This document shows positions 10,854 to 20,800 of a stretch of DNA of 64,000 nt, piece after piece. The translations under genes and the position numbers were made by a program. The stretch is from NCBI GenBank assembly GCA_034666985.1, contig JAXDKS010000034.1:20889-84888 (forward strand), in the 5' to 3' direction. The stretch's first letter is position 1. Every line of letters starts with the position of its first letter. A model generated the notes under the pieces. That model had not been told where the DNA came from. It saw only the letters and a program-made list of their open reading frames with translations, and did no database searches. Origin of the DNA: Acidobacteriota bacterium (lineage in GTDB: Bacteria; Acidobacteriota; Thermoanaerobaculia; Multivoradales; UBA5704).

Positions 10854-11084
10854 ATGAACCGGAAGGCCTTGACGACCATGATGGCCCTGGGGCTCGGACT
10901 GGGGCTCGCGGGCTGCACCCCCTCGCTGGCGGACCGCTCCTACACCCTGGTGCGGGACGGGGCTCAGAAGGCCCTCTCCGTCACCTTCTCGATCTCCGCC
11001 ACCGTCACCAACTGGCTGGCGCAGACACCGGAGACCCCGGAGGCTCCACCCTGTCCTCCCTGTGACAAGGCCCGTCGGAGCTGA
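10854..11084 (+). CDS. Small lipoprotein (signal peptide with LAGC lipobox)
   Basis: RBS GACAGGAGGCGAGAA ATG; MNRKALTTMMALGLGLGLAGC. Confidence 0.5.
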   Translation: MNRKALTTMMALGLGLGLAGCTPSLADRSYTLVRDGAQKALSVTFSISATVTNWLAQTPETPEAPPCPPCDKARRS

Positions 11085-11156
11085 GCCGGCCAGGATCCCG
11101 GAATCCCTGGGGAGCGCGGCACCCGGGCTCCCCATTTCTCCCGAAGGAGATGCTCC

Positions 11157-11618
11157 ATGAAGCGAACCCTCACTCTCCTCGTCCTCGCCCTCTCCCTCGC
11201 ACTGGCGTCCGCGGCCTTCGCCGGCGGCGAGAAGTGCGCTCACGACGCCAAGGTGGCCGCCGCCAAGACCAGGAAGGCCGAGCTCGCGGCCCACGGCTGG
11301 CTCGGGATCAAGACCGACAAGGACGCGGCCGGTGCCTATCGCGTCACCGCCGTGACCGCCAACAGCCCGGCGGCCCAGGCCGGCTTCCGCACCGGCGACG
11401 TGCTCCTCGCCGTCAACGGCGCCGCCTACAGCGACAAGGAAGCCGTCCACAAGGCGAAGAAGGAGTGCGCCGTGGGCAAGCAGGTCACCTACAAGGTGCG
11501 CCGCGACGGCGCCGAGAAGACGATCACCGCCACCCTGGCGCCGGTGCCCGACGCGGTGCTGGCCCAGTGGATGGAAGAGGATGCCCGCTCCTCGCAGGTA
11601 GCGCAGGGCTCGAACTGA
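11157..11618 (+). CDS. Secreted PDZ-domain protein
   Basis: RBS GAAGGAGATGCTCC ATG; signal peptide; PDZ core GAYRVTAVTANSPAAQAGFRTGDVLLAVNG. Confidence 0.7.
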   Translation: MKRTLTLLVLALSLALASAAFAGGEKCAHDAKVAAAKTRKAELAAHGWLGIKTDKDAAGAYRVTAVTANSPAAQAGFRTGDVLLAVNGAAYSDKEAVHKAKKECAVGKQVTYKVRRDGAEKTITATLAPVPDAVLAQWMEEDARSSQVAQGSN

Positions 11619-11636
11619 CCTGACCGGCATCACCAG

Positions 11637-11690
11637 CCCCCGCGGGACCACCCCAACAACCTCTCCCCTGGTGGTCCCGCGGGCCTTTTT
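11637..11690 (+). terminator. Rho-independent terminator after the PDZ gene
   Basis: A GC-rich 14-bp stem (CCCGCGGGACCACC / GGTGGTCCCGCGGG) followed by CCTTTTT. Confidence 0.65.
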
Positions 11691-11807
11691 CCCCCCTGGG
11701 ACCGTCGGCGTCCCTGTAAGCCAAACCCCCTGGGACCGCCGGCGTCCCGCCGGCCTCTAACTTTGCTTTTTCTCTCTCCGTCCCGGAACAATCTCTCGAT
11801 TCACCGG

Positions 11808-12228
11808 GGGAGCGTGACGCTCCCCGCGTACGACGCCTCCTCGTAAGAAGGGAGCGTGATCCTCCCTCTCTACGACGTTTCGTCGTACCGAGGGAGCATG
11901 ACTCTCCCTGTGTACGACGCCTCCTCGTAAGGAGGGAGCATGATCCTCCCTCCTTACGACGGCTCGTCGTACCAAGGGAGCACGACTCTCCCTGCGTACG
12001 GCGTCTCCTCGTAAGGAGGGAGCATGACCCTCCCTCCTTACGGCACCTCATCGGATCGAGGGAGCATGACGCTCCCTCCTTACGATGTCGCCATTTTCCG
12101 GGGGAGCGAAGCGCTCCCTGCGTACGACGGAGCAGCGTAAGGAGGGAGCGAGGCCCTCCCTCGGTACGATGAGACACCGTACCGGGAGATGAGGACGATG
12201 TACGGAGGGAGCAAGACGCTCCCTGGCT
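11808..12228. repeat. Tandem array of ten 42-bp units (the ninth is 62 bp), each with two adjacent imperfect palindromes
   Basis: GGGAGC unit starts at 11808, 11850, 11892, 11934, 11976, 12018, 12060, 12102, 12144 and 12206. Consensus GGGAGCRTGAYNCTCCC-TSCTTACGRCGNCTCNTCGTAAGGA. Both halves vary between units, so this is not CRISPR-like. Confidence 0.85.
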
Positions 12229-12238
12229 CAGATGGAGC

Positions 12239-12625
12239 TTACGTCTGGGGATCTTCCGCCGTCTCCGTGGGCGGCGTCTCGGCGTCCACGGGCTTCTTGG
12301 CGCGTTTCCGGCCGCGGAACGGTTGGATGCCGAACTCCGCCAAGCGCTCGTTGTCAGGGCCCAGATGATCCTTGAGGACCAGCCGCATGGCCGTGGCGAC
12401 CCGGCTTCCCTCCGCGAGCATCTCGTTGCGCTTCTGGGTCGCCTCCTGCTTGCGGGCGGCATGGAAGTCGCGCTCGGCGGTGAGCCTGTCGATCTCCTCG
12501 AGGAAGCGCGTGAGCTTGGCGTGAGCGTACTCCAGGAAAACATGCCCGGCCGTCGTCTCCGGCGTGATGGTGCGGGCAAAGCGTTGCAATTCGCCCATGG
12601 TCTCAGCGATCCGTATGCGGGGCAT
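12239..12625 (-). CDS. Hypothetical protein (128 aa); paralog of the ORF at 49763..50170
   Basis: RBS GGAGG 8 nt upstream of the ATG. Shares the C-terminal motif RLAEFGIQPFRGRKR (versus KLVEFGLRPFRSRRR in the paralog) and a helical core. Confidence 0.5.
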   Translation of the reverse strand: MPRIRIAETMGELQRFARTITPETTAGHVFLEYAHAKLTRFLEEIDRLTAERDFHAARKQEATQKRNEMLAEGSRVATAMRLVLKDHLGPDNERLAEFGIQPFRGRKRAKKPVDAETPPTETAEDPQT

Positions 12626-13433
12626 CGGGGGGCCTCCGTTGAGTTGGGGGGGATCTTACACCAGGTGCAGAGGGGGGAAGGGGGCTCCAGGGGTTGATCC
12701 TGGCGGCAAGGCGCCGAAGGCCGATGCCCTGGGAAGAAAAAAGTACCCCATCCTTGCGGCCTGAAAGGTCGCGAGAACCCAGCTCGAACGACTGGCTTCG
12801 TGGCCGCGGCCCGCAGTTTGCGAGCTTCTTCTGGCAGGCGGGATTCGGGGCGTTCTCCGTGAGCCAATCGCAAGTCGAAGACGTTCGAGCCTACATCCGC
12901 ATCAACGCGAGCATCACCGGGTCAAGTCGTTTCAAGAGGAGCTTCTGCATTCCTCAAAGCCTATGAGGTCGAGTTTGACGAACGCTACGTTTGGGATTGA
13001 AAAGCCTCTCGCGACCTTTCAGGTCGCAACGCTGTGTCATCTACTCCACCCAGGGCATCGGCCTTCGGCCTCAGCCCTGGGCTGGGATCTCTCGGCCCGT
13101 TGGGCCGGACGGCCTCTTTCCCGTCCACTTGGTACGACGTCCCCGAAGTTCTGGGTTGCCCTCTGTAGGGGACGATTCCTCCGCCCTCTCACAAGAACGG
13201 CGGAGAAAATCCGGAACGGCTTTAGGGGACGTAGTACTAGAGCCCGGCCGCTCCTGCGTTGCCGTGTCGCGGCGTTGACGTGGATTAGGAATCGGCATAG
13301 AATCCTATGGACCCATAGAATGAGAGACATACATCGGCCGAAGCAAACTGTCCCGGGGAGACCTCGACAACGATCGGCATTCTGGGGCGAAACGGGGAAA
13401 GGTTAATCTAGAGGTTGGGCGTCAGAGGGTAGC

Positions 13434-14453
13434 GTGGAACTGATCGATACCATCACTGTTCGGTACCAGGACAACGAACGGCTTATCATGCTGTTCCTTG
13501 GGGATCTTGCCTCTCTGCCGGAGAGTGAAGCCGTCGATGTCCTGATTGTGTCCGCCTTTCCAGATGACTACGTCCCGACGCGCACCAGCTTGATCGGAGC
13601 GCTGGCCCGTGCCGGCGTCTCGGTCGCCGATTTCGCCCGGGAAAAGGAGGTTGACCTCCGACAGTTCTCAAGCTGCTGGCTTTCCCGCCCGATCGAGCGA
13701 ACGGGTGTCCACTTCCGACGCCTATTGTGCTTCGAGCCGCTGTATCGTGGTGAAGCTCCGGAAGTCGTGGGGGACATTTTCCGCAGCATCGTTCCATTCA
13801 CGACGGGCAGTCCACCGATTTCTCAAGTCGCAATGCCTCTGGTTGCCTCGGGGGATCAAGGCGAGTCTGCCGAGGTGATGCTTGCGGCGTTGACTGACGC
13901 CTCCGTTCATTGGTTGTCCGTCGGGTTACCTCTCAATCGCATCAAGATTGTCCTTCGCGATTCGACCAATTTACAGTCGCTCCGCGAGACTTTTGCTGGT
14001 GTTAAGCGGCGTCACGCAGACACCGCATCTGCTCCACAGCAACCCAGCTTTCGCTTCGATGTCTTCGTCAGCTACTGTCATAAAAACAAAGAGGCAATCG
14101 ATGATCTCGTGAAGGAGCTGCAGGCCCGCCGTCCTGCCTTGAGCGTTTTCGTAGACCGATTGGAGCTACGCCCCGGTGCGGCTTGGCAGCAGCACATCTT
14201 CGAATCGCTCGATGAGTCGCGAAAGGTGATCTGTGCTTTCTCTCCGGACTACCTCGAATCGAAGGTCTGCAAGGAGGAATTTAACATTGCCCTGTTTCGA
14301 CACCGCGAGGCTGCAGATGGAGTTCTGCTCCCCCTTTATTTGTACACTGCTCAGCTGCCGACTTACATGAAACTCTTCCAATACGAGGATGTGCGAGAAG
14401 GCGACTGCGTGAAAATCGCACAGTCGGCTGAGAGGCTGCTCAACCAATTGTGA
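13434..14453 (+). CDS. TIR-domain protein: uncharacterised about 190-aa N-terminal domain plus C-terminal TIR domain
   Basis: GTG start with GAGGGT RBS. C-terminal FDVFVSYCHKNKEAIDDL...SVFVDRLELRPGAAW...VICAFSPDYLESKVCKEEF matches the TIR betaA, BB-loop and alphaC (SxxYxxSxWCxxEL) signatures. The local GC is about 50% against about 69% flanking. Confidence 0.7.
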   Translation: MELIDTITVRYQDNERLIMLFLGDLASLPESEAVDVLIVSAFPDDYVPTRTSLIGALARAGVSVADFAREKEVDLRQFSSCWLSRPIERTGVHFRRLLCFEPLYRGEAPEVVGDIFRSIVPFTTGSPPISQVAMPLVASGDQGESAEVMLAALTDASVHWLSVGLPLNRIKIVLRDSTNLQSLRETFAGVKRRHADTASAPQQPSFRFDVFVSYCHKNKEAIDDLVKELQARRPALSVFVDRLELRPGAAWQQHIFESLDESRKVICAFSPDYLESKVCKEEFNIALFRHREAADGVLLPLYLYTAQLPTYMKLFQYEDVREGDCVKIAQSAERLLNQL

Positions 14454-14674
14454 GTATGGCGCTGCGGCACGGTGCGGTTCATCGCCAGGAATAGGTTCCA
14501 GGCATTTATCGAAAGAGGTGGGGTTTGCTGAGTGCGGAAGCGAGGGTTACCGAAGAGCCCGGTGCGGGAAAACCGCACGCCGGGATCTGTGTGGGGGGTG
14601 CTGCGGCGTCCTACCGCGACTAGGCGTTCAAGCAGACTGAGGTTTATATATGGCGCGAAGGGAGCTTAGGGAGA

Positions 14675-15811
14675 ATGAACTCTAGTCTTGACTTTTCTGA
14701 ACTCACTCTGAGCCACCCTCACGATTTTTTTCGTGTAAAGCATGTGCCTGTTGAGCCCGGGACGTGCTTTGTGCTTATGCCCTTTTCGGAGGAATTCGCA
14801 ATCGTATTTGATGCAATCCAAGAAGCTCTAAGAGGGTTAATGGTATGTACGCGCGCCGATGACCTACTTCTTGGCGAATCTATTCTCGAACGTATACTTT
14901 TGGGGGTCGCCACTTCAGAATTAATAATTGCTGATCTTACTGGAAAGAATCCTAATGTATTTTACGAGCTCGCGATTGCTCATGCCAGAACGAAGAACGT
15001 CTTGCTCTTAGCACAAACCATAAAAGATGTGCCGTTTGATCTCCGCCCGTTCTTTTGCCACCGATATTCTGTCTCCTCGCGTGTAGGAATAGAGTCCTTG
15101 AAGACTGTTGTGCTCAAGGCGGCTCGAAAGGTGGTTTCTAAGCGATCCTCAAGACCCCTTGACAGTGCTATCACTCGGACCCAGCGTATTGTGGATTTCA
15201 TGGCGGACAAGCTCAAGCAGCCAGATGACTGTCGACAACTCGTCATTCGTATACAGGCAAGTATTTCGTCGTTGGGCAACTCGGCGCGTTTCGGTTTGCG
15301 AGGCCGTGAGAACAGGAAATATAACAGCCTCCTTGAGGAAGAGCGTGAGCTTCTAATTGAGCTGATCGAGCACGGGGCGAGCCTCCATGCTATCTTGTCA
15401 CCCCACCGCAGTATCTTAAGCCCTGAAGATAGTTCAGATGAGAGGTATGTTAGAATATCGAGAGTGATCTCCTTTCTAGAAAGGACGGATGATTGTCTGT
15501 CGAGATGTCAGGTGGCTTTGTCGCCGGTACGAAGCTCAAACCTACTTTTCTTTGGAGAGGAAATTCTATTCGAGGGGCACAAGACTGATGTCGAAAGGGG
15601 TTTCGGGTTGACTCTGATCTATACCGACCCTCACACACTACGGCTAAGGATCGGGGCATTTGACAAGCTCCTCGAGTCCGCTAAGCAGTTTACCTTAAAT
15701 CGATACAATACAAGACAAAAGAAGAGGGTTGACGGTTTGACGCTGAAGAAGGCGGCAATAAGAGGTCTCGAGGAAGCAAGGAGACCGGCACAAAATAGTG
15801 TTACGCCTTAA
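14675..15811 (+). CDS. Protein with an N-terminal nucleoside-2-deoxyribosyltransferase-like/SLOG-type Rossmannoid domain and an uncharacterised C-terminal domain
   Basis: CFVLMPFSEEFAIVFDAIQEAL..CTRADD...LIIADLTGKNPNVFYELAIAHARTKNVLLLA matches the NDT-like pattern (hhxMPF....RADD....ADhT..NPNVxYExGhAhA..K.Vhhh). Low-GC; adjacent to the TIR gene. Confidence 0.55.
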   Translation: MNSSLDFSELTLSHPHDFFRVKHVPVEPGTCFVLMPFSEEFAIVFDAIQEALRGLMVCTRADDLLLGESILERILLGVATSELIIADLTGKNPNVFYELAIAHARTKNVLLLAQTIKDVPFDLRPFFCHRYSVSSRVGIESLKTVVLKAARKVVSKRSSRPLDSAITRTQRIVDFMADKLKQPDDCRQLVIRIQASISSLGNSARFGLRGRENRKYNSLLEEERELLIELIEHGASLHAILSPHRSILSPEDSSDERYVRISRVISFLERTDDCLSRCQVALSPVRSSNLLFFGEEILFEGHKTDVERGFGLTLIYTDPHTLRLRIGAFDKLLESAKQFTLNRYNTRQKKRVDGLTLKKAAIRGLEEARRPAQNSVTP

Positions 15812-16226
15812 CAAAAGCGCTGCACAGAGATGTATTGAAGGAGGCGGTTCGGAAGTGACCGAAGTCGGGGGCTGGGGGAGGTGACGTGGCGACTTCTGGC
15901 TCTCTGAAGCTCTATCTTGCCTCTGTCTGGGCACACCTCTCCTCACATGAGCCTGCGAGCTTCCATTGGCCCTCCGTCGGGCAGGCAACTGTCATAGATC
16001 GGATCGCGGGCCGGCTATCCGGCCACGAAGGGCATGCCCGGCGGGAAACTCCCGTCCGGGAAGCGCGCCTCGCGATCGCCTTGCTTCAGCTTCTCGGCCG
16101 CGGAGCGGAAGGCAGCTACGAACCAGGAGTACACTTCTGGGCGGCTCCGTGGAGCTTCCCGTCACCAGTCGGCACGCCCTGTTGCCCGGCGCTCCGGTCG
16201 TGTTAGCCTAGGGCCAGGAGGCCGCC

Positions 16227-16490
16227 ATGCAACACCGCTTGACCATCGATTACGGCGACGACGTCCTCTTCAGCAGCGGCTTGACGCGCGGAGCCTTCGA
16301 CGAAGAGGCCCGCTTCCTCCTTGCCGCGAAGCTCTACGAAGTGGGCCGGCTGAGCTCGGGCCTCGCCGCAAAGCTCTGCGGGAAAGGCAGGGTGGACTTT
16401 CTCCTCACCCTCCCGCGGATCGGCGTTGCCATGAGCAACCTCCAGCCCGAGGATCTCGACTCCGAGGTGGAGTTCATGCGGCGTGGCTGA
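16227..16490 (+). CDS. UPF0175-family antitoxin
   Basis: LLAAKLYEVGRLSSGLAAKLCGKGRVDFLLTLPRIGV. Its stop overlaps the GTG start of the downstream DUF3368 gene. Confidence 0.7.
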   Translation: MQHRLTIDYGDDVLFSSGLTRGAFDEEARFLLAAKLYEVGRLSSGLAAKLCGKGRVDFLLTLPRIGVAMSNLQPEDLDSEVEFMRRG

Positions 16491-16959
16491 ACCGATTGTC
16501 GTGAACACCGGGCCGCTGGTCTCCTTCGCCAGAATCGGCTGCCTGGATGTGATCGGCTGCTTGCCCTACGAGTTTCTTTGCCCAGCGGAAGTCTGGCAGG
16601 AGCTCGACGAAGGGCGCGCCTCGGGCCATCCTTGGGCCGCGCCAGCCTGGCTCAAGAAGAAGCCCCTGGTCAAACCGCCCTCACCCGCCTTGCTGGCTGG
16701 CCTCGACCTGGGAGAAGCCGCAGTCATCCAACTTGCCCTTGACCTCGGCGTCCGCACCGTGGCGATCGACGAATGGAAGGGGCGCCGCGGCGCCCTCGCT
16801 TCGGGCCTCAGAGTCACCGGGTCGCTGGGACTCCTGGGCCGCGCGAAGGCCGAGGGCCTGATCTCGGAGTTGAAGCCTCTCATCACGAAGGCGATAGACG
16901 CCGGGATCTGGTACAACCGCGAGCTCGTCAGGAGCTTTCTGGAGGCCGCCGGCGAGTGA
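16483..16959 (+). CDS. DUF3368 PIN-like ribonuclease toxin
   Basis: GTG start; IVVNTGPLVSFARIGCLDV...LDLGEAAVIQLALDLGVRTVAIDEWKGRRGA...LLGRAKAEGLI. Confidence 0.7.
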   Translation: MAEPIVVNTGPLVSFARIGCLDVIGCLPYEFLCPAEVWQELDEGRASGHPWAAPAWLKKKPLVKPPSPALLAGLDLGEAAVIQLALDLGVRTVAIDEWKGRRGALASGLRVTGSLGLLGRAKAEGLISELKPLITKAIDAGIWYNRELVRSFLEAAGE

Positions 16960-17051
16960 TAAATGGCTAAGTTTTTCGGAGGTTGCGCTCCGGGCCCGCA
17001 ATCGGCTCCGCCCGTTGCCACGCCCCAGGGGGCTTTCCCCTTTCGGAACGT

Positions 17052-17819
17052 TTACCGGAATCCCACCTTCACCACCGCCCGCCCGAGGTGAACCTCATCC
17101 CCCGCCTGCAGGCGCACACCCCGGCGGTCGTGGGCGCTGACGTCGATGGACTTGCCGCCGCGGTAGATGCGGGTGCCCGAAGCGTTCTGCTCGGCGCGCA
17201 GCCAGTAGCCGTTCGTAGCCCCGTCCCAGGCGATACGGGCGTGCTCGCGGGAGACCGTCTGGTTGATCTCCCCCTGCTCGCGGAAGGCCACGTCGTTGCG
17301 CCGCCGCACCCGGCCGTCGGAATCCGTGACCTCCTCCAGGCGGCCGAGGTAGATCCGGTCGCCGGCGAGCTCGTAGACCCGCTGGGTGGAGGTGCCCTTG
17401 AGCACGGTCACCTCCAGGGTTGGCCGGGCCTCCGGAGGGGGCGGGGGGGCGGCCTCGGTCTTGGCGTACTCCACCCAGAAGCGGCGCTCGCCGAAGGCGG
17501 GGCCGGCCGTCTCGTCGAAGGCCGTCTCGATCTCCAGGCCGGCGGGGACGGGGCAGCCGCGCTCCCGCAGCCGGGCCGCGATCTCCTCCTTCAGGTTCCA
17601 CCCCTCGCGCACCACGGCCTCCAGCTCCGTGCGCACCTGGGGCTCGGGAGCCAGCAGGTGGATGCACAGCCGGTTGAAGGGGAACAGCCGCTTGCCGCCA
17701 CCCACGGCGATCACCCGGCTCTCGACCTCGTCGAGGATCGCCCGCCGGATCTCCAGGGGGGAGGTGCCTTTCATCCAGGGCTTGAGCCAGTCGCGCATCT
17801 TGCCGATCAGGTCGCTCAT
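17052..17819 (-). CDS. FHA-domain protein (FhaB-like) at the 3' end of the STPK/PP2C cell-wall cluster
   Basis: C-terminal FHA: YLGRLEEVT..NDVAF...VSREHARIAWDG..YWLRAEQNASGTRI. Confidence 0.75.
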   Translation of the reverse strand: MSDLIGKMRDWLKPWMKGTSPLEIRRAILDEVESRVIAVGGGKRLFPFNRLCIHLLAPEPQVRTELEAVVREGWNLKEEIAARLRERGCPVPAGLEIETAFDETAGPAFGERRFWVEYAKTEAAPPPPPEARPTLEVTVLKGTSTQRVYELAGDRIYLGRLEEVTDSDGRVRRRNDVAFREQGEINQTVSREHARIAWDGATNGYWLRAEQNASGTRIYRGGKSIDVSAHDRRGVRLQAGDEVHLGRAVVKVGFR

Positions 17820-17854
17820 CGCATTATTTATCCTCGTTGCGGCTCGTTGCGGGC

Positions 17855-20800
17855 TCAGGGCGGCGGCTGCGATGACGGCGATGGTGGGACCGGTTGCGGA
17901 GCTCCCCGGAGGATCCCCAGCTCCGCGGCGGTCTTCACGATCTCGCCCGCCGCCGGCGCCGCCAGCCGGCCGCCGTAGCCGCCGTGCTCGATGATGACAC
18001 CGAAGGCGATCTTCCGGCCGCTCGAGGTGGCGTTGTAGGGGGCGAAGCCGATGAACCAGGAGTGGGAGCCCTTGTCCTTGACCTCCGCCGTCCCCGTCTT
18101 GCCGGCGATGGCCGGCTCGATGCCGCCGAGGAAGCGGGCCGCCGTCCCCTCCGTCACCACCCGGCGCAGGGAGCCGGCGAGGCTGCGGGCCAGCTCGGAG
18201 CTCAGGATCGGCACGGGCTCAGCCCGCCGGGTGTTGCTCTCGTCCTGCACCCAGCGCCCCTCGGGCATGGTGCCGCCATCGGCCACGGTCGCCGCCACCC
18301 GCGCCATCTGGAACGGCGTCGCCACCACTTGGCCCTGGCCGTAGGAGGCCTGGGGCAGGGCGTCTTTGAGCTGCGCCGGCGTGTTCGGCCGCGCCACGGA
18401 GATGCCCAGGGCCTTGGCCGTCTCGAGCAGCGCCTCCGGCCCCACCTCGTAGGTGCCGAGCTGGGCGAAGAAGGCGTTGCAGGAGACCACCAGTCCCCGG
18501 TCGAGATTGACCGCGCCGTGGGGCGAGTGGTCTGTGGGATCGTCGCGGATGGCCTTGCCCCATCCCCGCACGGAATTGCCCACCCGGCCGTCGGAGAGCA
18601 GCCGGCACTCGAAGGTCTTCGCCGCCAGCTCCGGATTCTTGCGCAGGGCCGCCATGGCCGTGACCACCTTGAAGGTCGACCCCGGCGGATAGATCCCATA
18701 CCGCGCCCGGTCGATGAGCTCGCTGCGGGCCTCGTCCCCTTCTCCTCGCCCTTGTTGTCCTTTGGGCCATGGATAGCTCACCGAAGCCAGCAGGTCGCCG
18801 GTGCCCGCGTCCATCACCACCGCGGCCCCGCCGTAGCCCGCCTGCCGGGCGTAGCGCTCCAGCACCTCGGCGGCCTTGAGCTGCAGCCGGACGTCGATCG
18901 ACAGGCGCAGCGTGCGGTCGCGGTCGAGGATGCGCCGCACGGCCGGATGGTCCGGGCGCCAGCGATAGCGCAGCAGAGGGACCAGCTCGCCATAATCGAG
19001 CTGGATCTCGCGCGTCACGCCGCCATTCGGCTGGAGCACCTCCACGACCCCCGCGAAGTCGTCGTAGCCCTGGAGGCGGATGCGCGAGTCGCGCTCGGCG
19101 TAGGAGGTGTTGGGCGCTCCCCAGTTAACCCGGTCGTTCAGATCCCCCAGGAGGTGGAACGTCTTGCCGCCGAAGGGATAGTAGCGGTCGCCCTGCACCG
19201 GGTGCCGCGGCGTCTCCAGAGAAGAGCCCAGCCGTTCGAGGATCGCCCGCCGGCGGTCGAGCTCGGCGGGATCGCTGGTGGCCAGCAGCACGCCGTTGCG
19301 ATCGACGATGTTGCCCCGCGGGATGCTCTGGGCGATGTCCACCAGGCGGGGGTTGTACTGGTAGCGGCGGAAGCCGTCCCCCTGCAGGGTGAGGGCGCCG
19401 CGGGCGAGGAAGCGGTCGGGCTGGACCACCTGCACCTGGACGATCTTGAAGAGGATGGAGGCAAGGACGGCGGCCATGGCGACCGCCGCCCACCGCGCCG
19501 CTCCCCGGAACCGCCGCGTCTCCTCGCCCGTGCCCGGCCGCGCGGAGACGGCGGCCAGCATGCCGAGGATCAGGAAGTTGGCGAACATCGCCGTCCGCCC
19601 CGAGCTCAAGAACGGGGAGACGACGCCCGAGAGGGGGAGGACCCCCACGACGCCGCCCGCGATGAGCAGGATCTGGAAGGCGACCAGCACCGTCAGCCCG
19701 AGGGCGAGGAAGAAGCTGTAGACCCCCTGGGCCCGGTAGGCGGCGCGGAAGCCGCGCGCCACCAGGACGACGTAGAGGGCCACCACCACCGCCAGCCCCA
19801 CGAAGCCCAGCTCCTCGCCCACCGCCGCCAGCACCAGGTCGGTGTGGACCGCCGGCACCCGTTGCGGCTGCCCGAGGCCAAGGCCGGTGCCGGAGAGCGC
19901 GCCGCCGGCCAGGGCCCACAGCGACTGCGCGAGATGGTCGCCGCCGCGGAAGGAGTTGTCCCACGGCGACAGCCACATCGAGAGGCGGCCGCTCACCGTG
20001 CGGGGGATGCCCAGGCGGTAGCCGATCCAGAAGGCGACGACGATCAGCACCGTGCCCAGCAGGGCCATCCACGGCTGGCCGCGGGCGATGCAGTAGAGGC
20101 TGAGGAAGAGAAAGGCGAGGACGATCGCCGGCCCCAGGTCGCGCTGGAAGAAGAAGAACAGCAGGACCAGGGCGATGGCGAGGAGCGGCGGCAGCAGGTA
20201 TTCCAGCTTGGGGATGCCCAGGCGGGCGAGGGGCCCCGGCAGGGCCCGGGTCTCCGGCAGCTCGCGCAGGAACTCCCAGCGGTCGAAGAAGTAGCCGGCG
20301 AGGAAGAGGACGATGAGGATCTTGATCGCCTCCACCGGCTGGAAGCCCAGCAGGTTCACCTTGGCGTCGCTCCCCTCGGGGCCGCTGCCGAAGAGGATGA
20401 GCACGGCCGAGAGGAGGAACGCGCCGAGCAGCGGCACGAAGCTCATCCGCCGCAGGGGCGAGCGCTCGTAGTCCACCAGGCTGCCGGCGATCATCAGAGC
20501 GCAGCCCCCCACGACCCCCTGGACGAAGGTGAGGAAGAGGGGGAGGTCGCGCAACGGATCGCGGATGCTCACCATCACCGCGAGGCCCAGCCCGGTCAGC
20601 GCCAGGACGATGGGCAGCAGCAGTGGATCCCCCTGGAAGCGCCGCAGGCGCCAGACGACGTGGACGGCGAGGAAGGCGGCGAAGAAGAGGGCCGTCCACA
20701 GCCAGAAGGAGCCGCGGAACTGGCCCGGCGTCCGCACCACGAGCCGCGGCTTGACGCGGCGAAGCTGGTTCAGGGTGAAGAGGCTGAGCGAGGAGACCTC

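Noticed and set aside
9012-11651. 879-aa minus-strand ORF treated as a single gene
   Set aside because: The kinase domain architecture and a cat/ATG at 10691 indicate the real protein starts at MRLPPALK. The upstream 320 codons are an Arg/Gly-rich high-GC read-through overlapping the plus-strand lipoprotein and PDZ genes.
11808-12228. Possible CRISPR array (regular about 42-bp periodicity of a GGGAGC...GCTCCC palindrome)
   Set aside because: The would-be repeats differ from one another. The would-be spacers are themselves conserved and palindromic and have a fixed length of about 25 bp. There are no cas genes nearby. It is a degenerate tandem repeat.
12640-13430. tRNA or tmRNA at the island boundary
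   Set aside because: No cloverleaf-compatible sequence (GTTCGANTC/T-loop, CCA-adjacent acceptor pairing) was found by eye. Flagged for Infernal instead.
14675-15811. Calling the second island gene a ThsA homolog
   Set aside because: It has no SIR2, Macro or TM domain. Only an NDT/SLOG-like N-domain is recognisable, so it is reported as Thoeris-like by analogy and not as ThsA.
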